A DNA stretch of 64,000 nt from an uncultured bacterium (GCA_963710755.1 CAVQBK010000003.1:288001-352000), one strand, 5' to 3'. Shown: positions 1-9,952, numbered from the stretch's first letter. Program-made: numbers and translations. The notes: a model not told the origin generated them from the letters alone.

Positions 1-21
1 TAAAAATGAACCAGCTTCAAG

Positions 22-627
22 GGGCAGCCGCAGGCGTCCTTTTTATATAATATCGTTCCGGTCAGGGCTGCCGCAGGCGTCCTTTTCATATAATATCGTT
101 CCGGTCAGGGCTGCCGCAGGCGTCCTTTTCATATAATATCGTTCCGGTCAGGGCTGCCTCAGGCGTCCTTTTCATATAATATCGTTCCGGTCAGGGCTGC
201 CGCAGGCGTCCTTTTTATATAATATCGTTCCGGTCAGGGCTGCCGCAGGCGTCCTTTTCATATAATATCGTTCCGGTCAGGGCTGCCGCAGGCGTCCTTT
301 TCATATAATATCGTTCCGGTCAGGGCTGCCGCAGGCGTCCTTTTCATATAATATCGTTCCGGTCAGGGCTGCCGCAGGCGTCCTTTTTATATAATATCGT
401 TCCGGTCAGGGCTGCCGCAGGCGTCCTTTTCATATAATATCGTTCCGGTCAGGGCTGCCGCAGGCGTCCTTTTTATATAATATCGTTCCGGTCAGGGCTG
501 CCGCAGGCGTCCTTTTTATATAATATCGTTCCGGTCAGGGCTGCCGCAGGCGTCCTTTTTATATAATATCGTTCCGGTCAGGGCTGCCGCAGGCGTCCTT
601 TTTATATAATATCGTTCCGGTCAGGGC
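22..627. repeat. Tandem repeat array, 43-bp unit GTCAGGGCTGCCGCAGGCGTCCTTTTYATATAATATCGTTCCG, 14 copies plus a partial one
   Basis: Units start every 43 bp (61, 104, 147 ... 577, 620; first copy degenerate at its left end); C/T dimorphism at unit position 27 and one G>T change in the copy at 147; no spacers. Confidence 0.97.
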
Positions 628-1628
628 AGACGTTTGTCCAAGGTGAACATAAAAATTACTTCTGCCAAAAACAAGGCTGCGGCCAACAATAAAAACCACA
701 GACCCATGTCTTTATGCGCCCGGAAATCTTTCACCTTTAATGCCGTCCGTTCCAGCCGGCGTATCTCCTGATAGACGGCGTCCAGCTGGCGCTGATCTTC
801 AGCCCGAAAATAGCGGCCGCTGGTCATGCTAGCAATGGCTTGCAGCGTGGCTTCATCCAATTCTTCATAATGCACCGAGCCATCGGGATCGAGCAGCACT
901 TTTTCCGCGCCCGTGGCATCCTTGACCATGATGGGCGCGCCCCCTTCCCGTCCAACACCAATAGTATAAATCTTGATATGCAAGGCTGCGGCGATTTCCG
1001 CCGCGGTGAGCGGATCCAGAGGACCGGCATTGTTATTGCCGTCCGTGAGCAAAATGATAATCTTGGCTTTGGCCTGGCTATGGCTGAGCCGGTTAAGGGC
1101 TGAGGTCAAAGCCAGGCCTATGGCTGTACCATCGGTGGTCATGCCGATTTGCAAATGATCAATGAGCAGCTGCAAGGTCTGGTAATCCACGGTCAAGGGA
1201 CAAACTTGGTAGGCCCGGGCAGCAAAAGCCACCATGCCAATGCGGTCCTGATGAGCCTGGGCCAAAAAACGGCGCAGCGCCGCCTTGGCTGCCTGTAGCC
1301 GATTAAGCGGATCAAAGTCACGGGCTGACATGCTCCCGGAAATATCCAGGGCCAGCATGATATCCAACCCGGAAGTTCGATAGTATGGTGCCACCGTTTT
1401 ATGCTGGGGTCTGGCCGCGGCCAGGATAAGCACACCCAACAAGGCCAGACGAATAAATTCGCGGGGACCACTGCCCGGACGGCGACCGTTTTGAAAGGCT
1501 GCCTTGGCCGCGCTGGCCTCAGGATAAAGCACGCTGGGAGGCTGGCCCCAGCCTTTTTGACGCAAGATGACCAGGCCCGGAATCAGCAATAGGAGCAGGA
1601 GCGTCCAGGGCTGGGCAAAACTGATCAT
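621..1628 (-). CDS. batA: VWA domain protein, BatA-like
   Basis: N-terminal F-x-x-P-W..LLL..AARPQ BatA segment, MIDAS DISGSM, LLTDG, YTIGVG, C-terminal TM helix; downstream of moxR and DUF58. Confidence 0.88.
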   Translation of the reverse strand: MISFAQPWTLLLLLLIPGLVILRQKGWGQPPSVLYPEASAAKAAFQNGRRPGSGPREFIRLALLGVLILAAARPQHKTVAPYYRTSGLDIMLALDISGSMSARDFDPLNRLQAAKAALRRFLAQAHQDRIGMVAFAARAYQVCPLTVDYQTLQLLIDHLQIGMTTDGTAIGLALTSALNRLSHSQAKAKIIILLTDGNNNAGPLDPLTAAEIAAALHIKIYTIGVGREGGAPIMVKDATGAEKVLLDPDGSVHYEELDEATLQAIASMTSGRYFRAEDQRQLDAVYQEIRRLERTALKVKDFRAHKDMGLWFLLLAAALFLAEVIFMFTLDKRLP

Positions 1629-2620
1629 CGTGGCTCCTGGCTTTCTGTTTCCTCAGTCTGTACAATAATCAGCTCGGCCAGGGCATGGGCGGCCTGCAGC
1701 CTTTCCTGAGAAACCGGTTCCATGGCAAATTTAACCAAATCCGCTTCCTGCAGTAAGGCATTGATCAACTCCAGCTTGTCTGCCTCCACCCCTTGGGCTT
1801 GCAGCGCCTCCAGGACAGCTATGCGTGACCATTCCAGTGCCGGCAACTGATAGCGTTCCGACAAATAGCGCCGTATGACTTTGGATAAAGTGGTGAAATA
1901 GATTTGTCCTGATTCAGGGTTGGCCATGTCAGAATGGCTGAGCAGCCGCAACCCCTGTCGGGCCATGCGCTGGGCACTAGGACGCTTTTTGCCCTTGGGT
2001 CCGCGTTGGTGGATGAACAGCCGTGCCAAGAGCACCATGACCGCTATCAAGCCCAGGCCCATAACCAAAAGACCGGTCCATGATAAAGGCATCGGTCCGC
2101 GGGGATTGATTAAATGCAGTCCCTTTTCGGGATGCATGCTGCCCACGGTCACCTGTACCGGCGCGGTATAGGCGGTTTCCGAATTGCCGTTGTCCCATTC
2201 GATTTTTATGGGCAGCGGCGGGATGGTCACCCGCTGGAGTTCAAACGCCTTGAGCGTATATATGCCCTGCCTGGCCAAAAAGCCTGCATGCTTGCGGCTG
2301 ACGTCTTTTTCCGCATAGGCCATCACTTGACAGCCTGCTATCGGGGCATGCTCACCGGGCAACTGCACCAAGCCGCGATTAGCCCCGGCGGTGATCACTG
2401 CATGAAACGATTGGCCGATCATGACCACGCGGGTGTTGACCGCTGCATCCACAAAAAAAGGACGCTCAGTCCCATCCGCCGGCCGGGGCAACCAGCTCAA
2501 TCCCAGCAGAAGCACCATGCCCAAAAAGCGAAGTCTGTGCCGCCCAAGGAAGGCCATGCACTGATTTTTAACCCTGCCGAAAAATTGAACTATAGGAGCA
2601 GCTGTTATGGATATCGCCAT
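1625..2620 (-). CDS. Bat-operon membrane protein (BatD-like N-terminus, TM helix, DUF4381-like C-terminus); start uncertain
   Basis: 331-aa ORF overlapping batA start; motif YFTTLSKVIRRYL..RY...ADLVKFA typical of this operon position. Confidence 0.7.
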   Translation of the reverse strand: MAISITAAPIVQFFGRVKNQCMAFLGRHRLRFLGMVLLLGLSWLPRPADGTERPFFVDAAVNTRVVMIGQSFHAVITAGANRGLVQLPGEHAPIAGCQVMAYAEKDVSRKHAGFLARQGIYTLKAFELQRVTIPPLPIKIEWDNGNSETAYTAPVQVTVGSMHPEKGLHLINPRGPMPLSWTGLLVMGLGLIAVMVLLARLFIHQRGPKGKKRPSAQRMARQGLRLLSHSDMANPESGQIYFTTLSKVIRRYLSERYQLPALEWSRIAVLEALQAQGVEADKLELINALLQEADLVKFAMEPVSQERLQAAHALAELIIVQTEETESQEPR

Positions 2621-2708
2621 GATGGTCTTCCCCGTCCTATTACTTAAAGTGCATGGGTCCTGTTAATAGGTCCCTTCTACAGACTTGCCGCTGCGTTCAG
2701 GTCGGGCC

Positions 2709-3596
2709 CTATACTGCAATTTTTTTCTGTCGTTTTTTAAAAAACGTCATCAACGGCTTGACGCTGGATTGGTGAGTGTAGAGTTCCACCGCATCCACTT
2801 GGTGACTGGCAAAATAGGTCATGCGGGCTTTGGCCCGCGCCCGGGCAAACCGGGTATACTCCCTGGCCAGGCGGGGATTGGTGGTATCGATTTCAATGCT
2901 TTCCCCACTCTCAGGATCGCTCAGCCCGAGCCAGCCCACGGCCGGCAGTTGGTAATCCCGTTTATCATTGAGAATCAGAGCCACACAATCATGCTTGCGT
3001 TGGGCAATGTTCAGGGCTGTGGTAAAGTCATGAGCATAAAAATCGGAGAGCAAAAAAACGATGCTTTTACGTTTGAGGGCTTTGGCCAGAAAAGCCAAGG
3101 CACTGTTCAGATCCGTGCCGCGCGCCCGGGGGCGGTAATTAAGAATTTCCGTAATCAGACGCATCACATGGGGCCGACCTTTTTTAGGCGGTACAAAGCG
3201 CTCTACCTGATCGGAAAAAAGCAGTAAGCCTACGCGGTCATTGTTCTTCACTGCTGAAAAAGCCAGCAAGGCCGCGGCTTCCGCCGCCAGATCGGCTTTG
3301 CGCTGTACCTGCGACCCAAACCCTACGGAAGCTGAGACATCCACCACTAAAATCATGGTCAGTTCCCGTTCTTCCCGGTAGCGTTTGACATATAGATGGC
3401 CTGTGCGGGCCGTAACATTCCAGTCTATGGTGCGCACATCATCGCCGCGCAGATAGGGCCGCACTTCGGCAAATTCCACGCCCTGACCTTTGAAGATGCT
3501 GTGATAGGCGCCGGAAAAAACCTGGTTCACGCTGGCTCTGGTGGCGATCTCCAGTTTCTTGACTTTTTTCAGCAATTCCGCCGGGGATGGTGCCAT
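2709..3596 (-). CDS. DUF58 domain protein
   Basis: G.GVEFAEVRPY..GDDVRTIDWNVTAR, YREERE, DVSAS, LSDF motifs; directly follows moxR. Confidence 0.93.
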   Translation of the reverse strand: MAPSPAELLKKVKKLEIATRASVNQVFSGAYHSIFKGQGVEFAEVRPYLRGDDVRTIDWNVTARTGHLYVKRYREERELTMILVVDVSASVGFGSQVQRKADLAAEAAALLAFSAVKNNDRVGLLLFSDQVERFVPPKKGRPHVMRLITEILNYRPRARGTDLNSALAFLAKALKRKSIVFLLSDFYAHDFTTALNIAQRKHDCVALILNDKRDYQLPAVGWLGLSDPESGESIEIDTTNPRLAREYTRFARARAKARMTYFASHQVDAVELYTHQSSVKPLMTFFKKRQKKIAV

Positions 3597-3599
3597 GTC

Positions 3600-4589
3600 C
3601 TAGGGAATCTCAACTTTTTCCAAAATATGCTGCACCAGTTCTTCGGCCGTGATATCCTCCGCCTCGGCCTCATAGGTCAGGATCACCCGGTGACGGAGCA
3701 CATCCATGGCCACGGCCTGAACATCTTCCGGCGCCACGTAACCCCGTTCCCGCAGAAAGGCATGAGCCCGTGCGGTCTGGGCCAGAAACAAAGAAGCCCG
3801 TGGGGAGGCGCCAAATTGAATGTGCGCTTTGAGGTCTTGCAGTTGGAACGCTTCCGGTTGACGGGTGGCGGTTACCAGGGAAACAATATACTGTTCGATT
3901 TTTTCGTCCATATAACATTCCGCCAGCAATTGGCGGGCCGTGAATATATTGTCCACCGTGGCCCGGGGCATTATCCGGCGCTGCTGCTTGGTGCCGTGCC
4001 GGCGCACGATAGTCAGTTCTTCTTCCATGCTGGGATAGTCCACTTTAATTTTGAGCATAAACCGGTCCACCTGTGCTTCCGGCAAGGGGTAGGTGCCTTC
4101 CTGCTCAATGGGATTTTGGGTGGCCAGAATAAGAAAAGGCGATGGCAGCAGGTAGGTACGGTCGCCGATGGTGACCTGCCTTTCCTGCATGGCTTCCAAC
4201 AGGGCGCTTTGCACTTTGGCCGGCGCGCGGTTGATTTCATCAGCCAGAATCAGGTTGCTGAAGACCGGACCCTGTTTGGGTACAAATTCCTGTTTCTTTT
4301 GATCGAAAATCAACGTGCCGATGATATCGGCCGGCAATAGATCAGGCGTAAATTGAATGCGCTGAAAACTGGTGGAAATGGTTTCCGCCAGGGTCTTGAC
4401 GGTCAGGGTTTTGGCCAATCCCGGCACGCCTTCCACCAGAATATGACCGTCTGCCAACAGTCCGATAAGCATGCGTTCGATCATCATCTCCTGTCCGACG
4501 ATCACTTTGCTGACTTCTTTAACGATATCCTTAAGAAAAAGACTTTCAAATTTAATGCGTTCGTTTAATTGCTGAAGATTTTTATTCAT
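3600..4589 (-). CDS. moxR: MoxR-family AAA+ ATPase
   Basis: Walker A GVPGLAKT, RIQFTPDLLPAD, Walker B ADEINRAP, ATQNPIEQEGTYPLPEAQVDRF. Confidence 0.95.
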   Translation of the reverse strand: MNKNLQQLNERIKFESLFLKDIVKEVSKVIVGQEMMIERMLIGLLADGHILVEGVPGLAKTLTVKTLAETISTSFQRIQFTPDLLPADIIGTLIFDQKKQEFVPKQGPVFSNLILADEINRAPAKVQSALLEAMQERQVTIGDRTYLLPSPFLILATQNPIEQEGTYPLPEAQVDRFMLKIKVDYPSMEEELTIVRRHGTKQQRRIMPRATVDNIFTARQLLAECYMDEKIEQYIVSLVTATRQPEAFQLQDLKAHIQFGASPRASLFLAQTARAHAFLRERGYVAPEDVQAVAMDVLRHRVILTYEAEAEDITAEELVQHILEKVEIP

Positions 4590-4691
4590 ACCTGGCTCCT
4601 GCGTTGACGGTTACTTGCAAAGAAAGTGCTCTTCCCTGACAACCGGTGTTAAGTCGTCCTTGCGAATACGCGCATGGCAGTATGGGATCGT

Positions 4692-5825
4692 TTAATCCTT
4701 GATCAATTCCAATTTTTCCCTGACTTTTTTAATCGATTCTTTGGCTTTCTTGTGATGAGGATCAATATCGAGCAGCAAATCCCAGATTTGCAAAGCTTGT
4801 TGATAATGACCCAAGGCATAAGCGTTGATGCCCCGGCGGTACAATTCTTCCACCACACCTTGCTTATCTTTTTTGGCCCGTGCCCAGGCCGCCTGAACCT
4901 CGCTGTTAGACGGGTCCATGGCCATCATATCCCGCAGTGCTTTCATCTCCCCCACCGCATCGCCTTGTGCTTGGGCTTGTGCGGCTTTGGCCTTGGTCTC
5001 GACTATTTCCTGCTGCCGTTGTTTTTTAGCTTGGTTTAAATAATAAAGTGCTTTACTGTGGCTGGGCATGAATTCCAGAATCAGTTCAAATTCTGTAATG
5101 GCCGTTCCCCATTCGCGGTTATTATAGGCTTGTATGCCGGCCAGGTAATGTTTCTGAATGGCGCCCTGCACGGAAGTGTTGCGGCGCACGGATTTGGCAC
5201 TGGTGCCAGCCTTAATTCTGTCGGTCAGAGGTGGCCGCCGGGCAGACGTAGTCAGCCGGCCGCTGGGGGCATTGGTGCGGCGGTCACCCTCAGCAGGCAT
5301 GGTGGTGATGGTCAAACCGGCCTGGTTGGCCGATTGTATCCGGTCCAGGGCTGCCAGGGCTTCCGGATAGCCGGGAATAATTTTTAAGGCCCCTTTGTAT
5401 TTTACGGCTGCTTCTATAGGATTGCCTTCTTTTTCAAAAGTTTGACCTTCTTCGAAAAGATCCTGCGCTTTTTGGACCATAGCTTGCAAACTGTCGGCCC
5501 GGCCATTGCCTTCTGCCTCCTGGCGCTTTTTATCTTTTCGCGCCCATGATAACGCCCGAAGCGCTTTGTCCCATTGGGGGTGCAGCTTTAAGGCGCGCAG
5601 AAATTCTTCAATAGCCTCATCGTAAGCTTGTTTAAAGAGCAGCCGTTTGCCTTTTTCATAATGTTGTTGGGCTGCAGTCTCTTCTTCCACTGTGGGGGTT
5701 AGGGCCTGGTCTTCTTGATTGAGGTGGGCTTGGTTACCGGTCTGAGGAGCAATAACCGCGTGCAAACCAACAGGCTGTAAAACCCCCAGCAGGCCTGCCA
5801 TGACTAGGACATGTCCTTTCCACAT
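4692..5825 (-). CDS. Exported tetratricopeptide-repeat protein (start probably MWKG, uncertain)
   Basis: Signal-peptide-like N-terminus; several TPR units (HYEKG..AIEEFLRALKLHP, YKGALKIIPG, FELILEFMP, WDLLLDIDP). Confidence 0.8.
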   Translation of the reverse strand: MWKGHVLVMAGLLGVLQPVGLHAVIAPQTGNQAHLNQEDQALTPTVEEETAAQQHYEKGKRLLFKQAYDEAIEEFLRALKLHPQWDKALRALSWARKDKKRQEAEGNGRADSLQAMVQKAQDLFEEGQTFEKEGNPIEAAVKYKGALKIIPGYPEALAALDRIQSANQAGLTITTMPAEGDRRTNAPSGRLTTSARRPPLTDRIKAGTSAKSVRRNTSVQGAIQKHYLAGIQAYNNREWGTAITEFELILEFMPSHSKALYYLNQAKKQRQQEIVETKAKAAQAQAQGDAVGEMKALRDMMAMDPSNSEVQAAWARAKKDKQGVVEELYRRGINAYALGHYQQALQIWDLLLDIDPHHKKAKESIKKVREKLELIKD

Positions 5826-6103
5826 CTTAACCTTCCCGGCATAAAGCAATCCTGGAGCAGGAGCAACCCAAGTTGATGACCTGGTAGCCTCCACTCCTGG
5901 TTGAGTTTATCATTGGCCTTAACCAACGTCAATCATCTCCTCCTGGCAACTTCTCCGTCATGGACCTGACAGGCCTGAGGCACTACGAAACCGTTAAACA
6001 TCAAAAAGCGGAACCATGGTTAAACCAGTGAAAATTGATTTTACACTTCTTCCATCATCCTTGGGGTTGCCCCGGTATATTCTGGGAACGCCTTAAAAAT
6101 CCA

Positions 6104-6133
6104 TTGACCATTTTCAGTCCGGCTCTATACAAT
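6104..6133 (+). promoter_or_regulatory. Sigma70-type promoter of the CapA gene
   Basis: TTGACC-N18-TACAAT, 6 nt before ATG 6140. Confidence 0.55.
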
Positions 6134-6139
6134 GACGCC

Positions 6140-7309
6140 ATGTTTAAAACAACTTTCTCCCTTAGACATGCCGGCTTTGGTTTTCTTGGCCTGACCTTGC
6201 TCAGTGCCTGCGCTTCCATGCCGGCCATCAGCCCCAACATGACTGCGGCGACGCCCCTTGCGACCGCCGAGCCTACGGCCACCCCCGTGGTGGAAGCTGT
6301 GGGCCTGACCTTGGTGGCCGGCGGCGATGTGCTGCCCGGTGCTTTTTTGAACCCTTACCTGGCAAAGAATGGTCCCGGTTACCCCTATGAGCACATTGCA
6401 CCCTATTTTCAATCCGCACAGGTCGGGCTGGTTAATTTGGAATGTCCCTTGTCCACCAGCGGCCAACGCTTTAGCCATAAAAAATTTACTTTTCGTGCCG
6501 ATCCCCAGGCCGCCCAGGCTATGAAACAAGCAGGTATCAATGCCGTGGCCCTGGCCAACAATCACATCATGGATTTTGGGTTGCCGGCGCTTCAGGATAC
6601 CTTGACCAGCCTGGAGACTGCCGGGATTGTTTATACTGGCGCCGGGTTAACCCGCAATGAAGCCCGCAAGCCGGCAGTGATCACCATTGCCCATGGCCCG
6701 ACCGTGGCCATGCTTTCCTACTCCCTGACCTATCCCGATGAATTTTGGGCAGGCGCCCATCGGCCCGGAACAGCCTATGCCCAGCTAAAAGCTGTGGAAG
6801 AGGATATTAATTCCGCCAATGCCTGGGCCGATGTGGTGATCGTATCTTACCATTGGGGCGCAGAATTAATGCGCTATCCCAAGGGATACCAACGCCAATT
6901 CGCCCACGCCAGTATTGATGCGGGCGCCGATGTGGTAATTGGTACCCATCCGCATGTGTTACAAGGCATGGAGTTTTATAAAGATAAATTGATCTTATAT
7001 TCCTTGGGCAATCTGGCTTTTGGCGGAGGCCGCAGCAAACGCGCGGTGGACAGTGCGTTGGTTAAACTAATATGGGACAGTAGCTGGGATCGCTTTACCG
7101 TCTGGGTTCTACCGCTCAATGTGGATAATTTGGACACCGCGTTCATGCCTGCGCCAATGGATGGCGCGCATGGCCAGCAGCTGCTGGCTCAGCTTAAAAC
7201 ATTATCTCAGGCGTGGGGTATTACCTATGGCCAGGAGCAGGCGGGATGGACCCAGGTTTTACAAACCGCGCCGAATACCGTGAAAGCCTCTCGCACTACC
7301 GGACCCTGA
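6140..7309 (+). CDS. CapA/PGA_cap-family metallophosphatase lipoprotein
   Basis: Lipobox LSAC; GGD, NLECP, ALANNHIMDFG, HWG, GTHPHVLQ, YSLGN motifs. Confidence 0.9.
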   Translation: MFKTTFSLRHAGFGFLGLTLLSACASMPAISPNMTAATPLATAEPTATPVVEAVGLTLVAGGDVLPGAFLNPYLAKNGPGYPYEHIAPYFQSAQVGLVNLECPLSTSGQRFSHKKFTFRADPQAAQAMKQAGINAVALANNHIMDFGLPALQDTLTSLETAGIVYTGAGLTRNEARKPAVITIAHGPTVAMLSYSLTYPDEFWAGAHRPGTAYAQLKAVEEDINSANAWADVVIVSYHWGAELMRYPKGYQRQFAHASIDAGADVVIGTHPHVLQGMEFYKDKLILYSLGNLAFGGGRSKRAVDSALVKLIWDSSWDRFTVWVLPLNVDNLDTAFMPAPMDGAHGQQLLAQLKTLSQAWGITYGQEQAGWTQVLQTAPNTVKASRTTGP

Positions 7310-7337
7310 TTACTCAAGCTTTTTAAAAATTTGGGCC

Positions 7338-9926
7338 TCAGCTGTCCAATTGGCCGTTGATGTTTTCGATATCTTTTAAGAGCTCATCCAGATCTTCGCT
7401 GTCTCCCGGTACCTGCAGGGATGAAGATTCGCTGTCTTTCCCTAAATTTCCCATAAAGGCCGACAAATCATAGGGCGATCCATCCTTGTCTTCGTCCTTT
7501 GCCGTCTTGTCCGGTTTTTCCTTTTTCTCATCTATGGCCTTGACTTCATAGGCCTCCATGGGATTAACCACCTTGGGGCTGGCCTGGGCTGGCGGTGATG
7601 GTTCGTTCTCCACTTGCGGCGGCATGTCCATGGTGGTGGCCGAAAAGGTCATGGTATGAGGCGATGATCCGGTTGATTCGGCGGTCGCGACTTTGCTCTT
7701 GGGCATGGTGACCACGGCCTCGTTGCCGCTTTCCGGCAGGCCACGCATGGTGATAAACCCATGATGCAATTTGACGATTTGATTGATGATGGCAAAACGC
7801 AGCCCAGTTCCCGCATAATCAGAACCGGCCTTGCTATCCTGGCCGTTGTAGGCATTGAACACGTGCTTGATTTGTGCCTGCGATAGCGGGGTGCCGCCGT
7901 CGCGCACTTTGACGACCACGTCACTCAAGGTTTCGGTAGCGGTTATTTTAACTTCACCGCTAAAGGGCGTGATTTTAATGGCATGCTGCACCAGATTGAT
8001 GAAGACCTGGCCCATGCGGTCACTATTGATCTTGATCAGCGGCAGATGGGATTGAATTTCAGTGGCGATTTTAATTTGTTTGGTATCCGCCTGTGGTTGC
8101 ATATTTAATACCACGTCCTGCAACATAGCCACCAAATCCGTGGCCGTGGTATACCATTCCGTACCCTCGCTTTCCATATGCGAAATATCCAGCAGATCGT
8201 TGATTTGACGCTCCAGGCGGGCACTTTTATTGATCACATCCCCCAGAAATTCCTGCTGAGCATCGGTGATTTTTCCTTCTTCTGAAGAGAGAATGGAACT
8301 GATGTAATTTTTAATAACCAACAGGGTGGCCTTCAGATCCTCCGACATGTGCGTGATTGCCTCGATTCTGAGGGCTCCTGATTGTTTGACAATTTCCACC
8401 ATTTCCAGATCTTCCGCTGAGATCGCCGGAGCAGCAGCCTGTTGAGCCGCTTGTTCCACCTTTAGTTGTGCTTCGGTCAGGGCTTGTTGCAGTTTTTCAT
8501 TCTTGTTTTGCAGTTCTTCCAGTTGCTGCTGCGCTTGGGAGAGACGGCCGTCATCTTCCTGCAAGCCCGACTCTTGGATTTGTTGAGCTTGATAGAGCTG
8601 CGTGCGCAATTCATCCATTTCGTTTTCCCAGTTCAGTTTTTCCTGGGCATGACGGTGCTCCGCTTCTTCCAGGCCGGCGGTGTTATCGGCTGCTGGCGCA
8701 GGTTCCGCTGCGGCCAGACTCTGGGTTTTTTCGATCAAGGTATTAATATAGAAAACCAATTGCTCCCACGGTCCTTTGCTCTTGATGGCCAGAGGCCGGG
8801 GTAGTTCCTGCTCGGCAACTTGTTCGGCCAGTTGGCGGTTGATTTTTCCCAGGGGCGAAAGATTACCGCCACTGACCAACGCCAGCAACAGCAACGTGAT
8901 GAGCAAAATGACCGCATAGCCTCCCAGGATAATGGGATTATTGAACAGATCGTTGATCTTAGCGGAGGAGGCCAGGGCTTTTTCAAATCCTGATACAGGC
9001 ATAAGCCCATACACGGCCAGCGGCTGTTTTTCCAGTGGTTCCACCGCAAGAATATAATTTTTGTTTTTCCAATGGGCTTTGAAAAATTTTGGACCGGCTT
9101 GTTGAATAAGATCGGCGGTCTTCTTTTGCGGTTGATTGATCAATTGCTCCATCTGTTCGGGAAGATGGTTTTGATCGGAGCTGATATAAATTTTACCTTG
9201 ATTGTCGCCTACCAAGGTAAAAATCCCGCGCTGGCCGGCGTTCTTTTTTAGATCTTGCGGACTGATTTTTATGGCCACATTAAGGACACCCAGAAAAGCG
9301 CTGGTGTTGGACAGGCAGGGTGCCATAATGGTTAAAATCGGCGTCTTGTCGGCTGTGACAAATCCCATGGTCGTACTGCGCTGAACGCGAGCTTGATTAA
9401 AGCGTTTGGAATCGACCTTGGCTGAAGGTGGTGGTGAAGTTCCGGCCGCCGCCAACCGCGCTCCTTGGACATCGGTTACATAAGCCCAGATCCATTGGGC
9501 ATTGGTCTTAAGCTGCGCCTCCAACCGTGCCTGTTTGGCCTCACCCTTGCCGGGTAGGCGAAAGACTTTTTCATCCGCCAACCGTTCCACTTGGTTTTGA
9601 TAACGCTGCAGCCATTTTTCCACTTGCCGGCTCATGGTCAGGGTTTGCTGATAGAGCCGTTTTCCTCCCCGCTCCATTACGCGTCCCATTTCCATTTCAT
9701 TTACCCGGTTCTGCAGGGCTTGCATGGCCGATTTGTTTTCATTATCCCAATAATAAAAAAGTGCCATGGTCGCTGATAACGCCAGGATCAACACCAGACT
9801 TGTGCCCAACCAGCCTTTAAAGTGCACTGCTCCAACCTCTTTCTGGGTTAACTCCCTCGAGTTTATAGATCGGCCGGCCTTGGCCTCAAGCCGGGTTAAT
9901 GTTGGATCAGGGTCCCTTGGGGACAA
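7338..9926 (-). CDS. Membrane sensor histidine-kinase-like protein with degenerate H, N and G boxes (probable pseudokinase); start may be GTG 9827
   Basis: Two TM helices around a Cache-like extracytoplasmic region, coiled coil, HisKA-like HMSEDLKATL, HATPase-like NLVQHAIK / DGGTP / GTGLRF, acidic tail. Confidence 0.8.
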   Translation of the reverse strand: MSPRDPDPTLTRLEAKAGRSINSRELTQKEVGAVHFKGWLGTSLVLILALSATMALFYYWDNENKSAMQALQNRVNEMEMGRVMERGGKRLYQQTLTMSRQVEKWLQRYQNQVERLADEKVFRLPGKGEAKQARLEAQLKTNAQWIWAYVTDVQGARLAAAGTSPPPSAKVDSKRFNQARVQRSTTMGFVTADKTPILTIMAPCLSNTSAFLGVLNVAIKISPQDLKKNAGQRGIFTLVGDNQGKIYISSDQNHLPEQMEQLINQPQKKTADLIQQAGPKFFKAHWKNKNYILAVEPLEKQPLAVYGLMPVSGFEKALASSAKINDLFNNPIILGGYAVILLITLLLLALVSGGNLSPLGKINRQLAEQVAEQELPRPLAIKSKGPWEQLVFYINTLIEKTQSLAAAEPAPAADNTAGLEEAEHRHAQEKLNWENEMDELRTQLYQAQQIQESGLQEDDGRLSQAQQQLEELQNKNEKLQQALTEAQLKVEQAAQQAAAPAISAEDLEMVEIVKQSGALRIEAITHMSEDLKATLLVIKNYISSILSSEEGKITDAQQEFLGDVINKSARLERQINDLLDISHMESEGTEWYTTATDLVAMLQDVVLNMQPQADTKQIKIATEIQSHLPLIKINSDRMGQVFINLVQHAIKITPFSGEVKITATETLSDVVVKVRDGGTPLSQAQIKHVFNAYNGQDSKAGSDYAGTGLRFAIINQIVKLHHGFITMRGLPESGNEAVVTMPKSKVATAESTGSSPHTMTFSATTMDMPPQVENEPSPPAQASPKVVNPMEAYEVKAIDEKKEKPDKTAKDEDKDGSPYDLSAFMGNLGKDSESSSLQVPGDSEDLDELLKDIENINGQLDS

Positions 9927-9952
9927 CCTTGCGGCAAGCCGCAGAGGTTAAT

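Noticed and set aside
147-190. Common origin of the 43-bp array and the tRNA repeats (shared AGGGCTGCC and GTCCTTT)
   Set aside because: Matches are only 7-11 nt, in a different order, and part of the match is tRNA-derived; chance is sufficient
22-627. CRISPR array
   Set aside because: Units are contiguous and near-identical with no unique spacers, and no cas genes are in the window
3396-4340. Long antisense ORFs (also 10199-11032, 27575-28150, 54801-55556 and others)
   Set aside because: Shadow frames opposite well-conserved genes, with no recognisable domains
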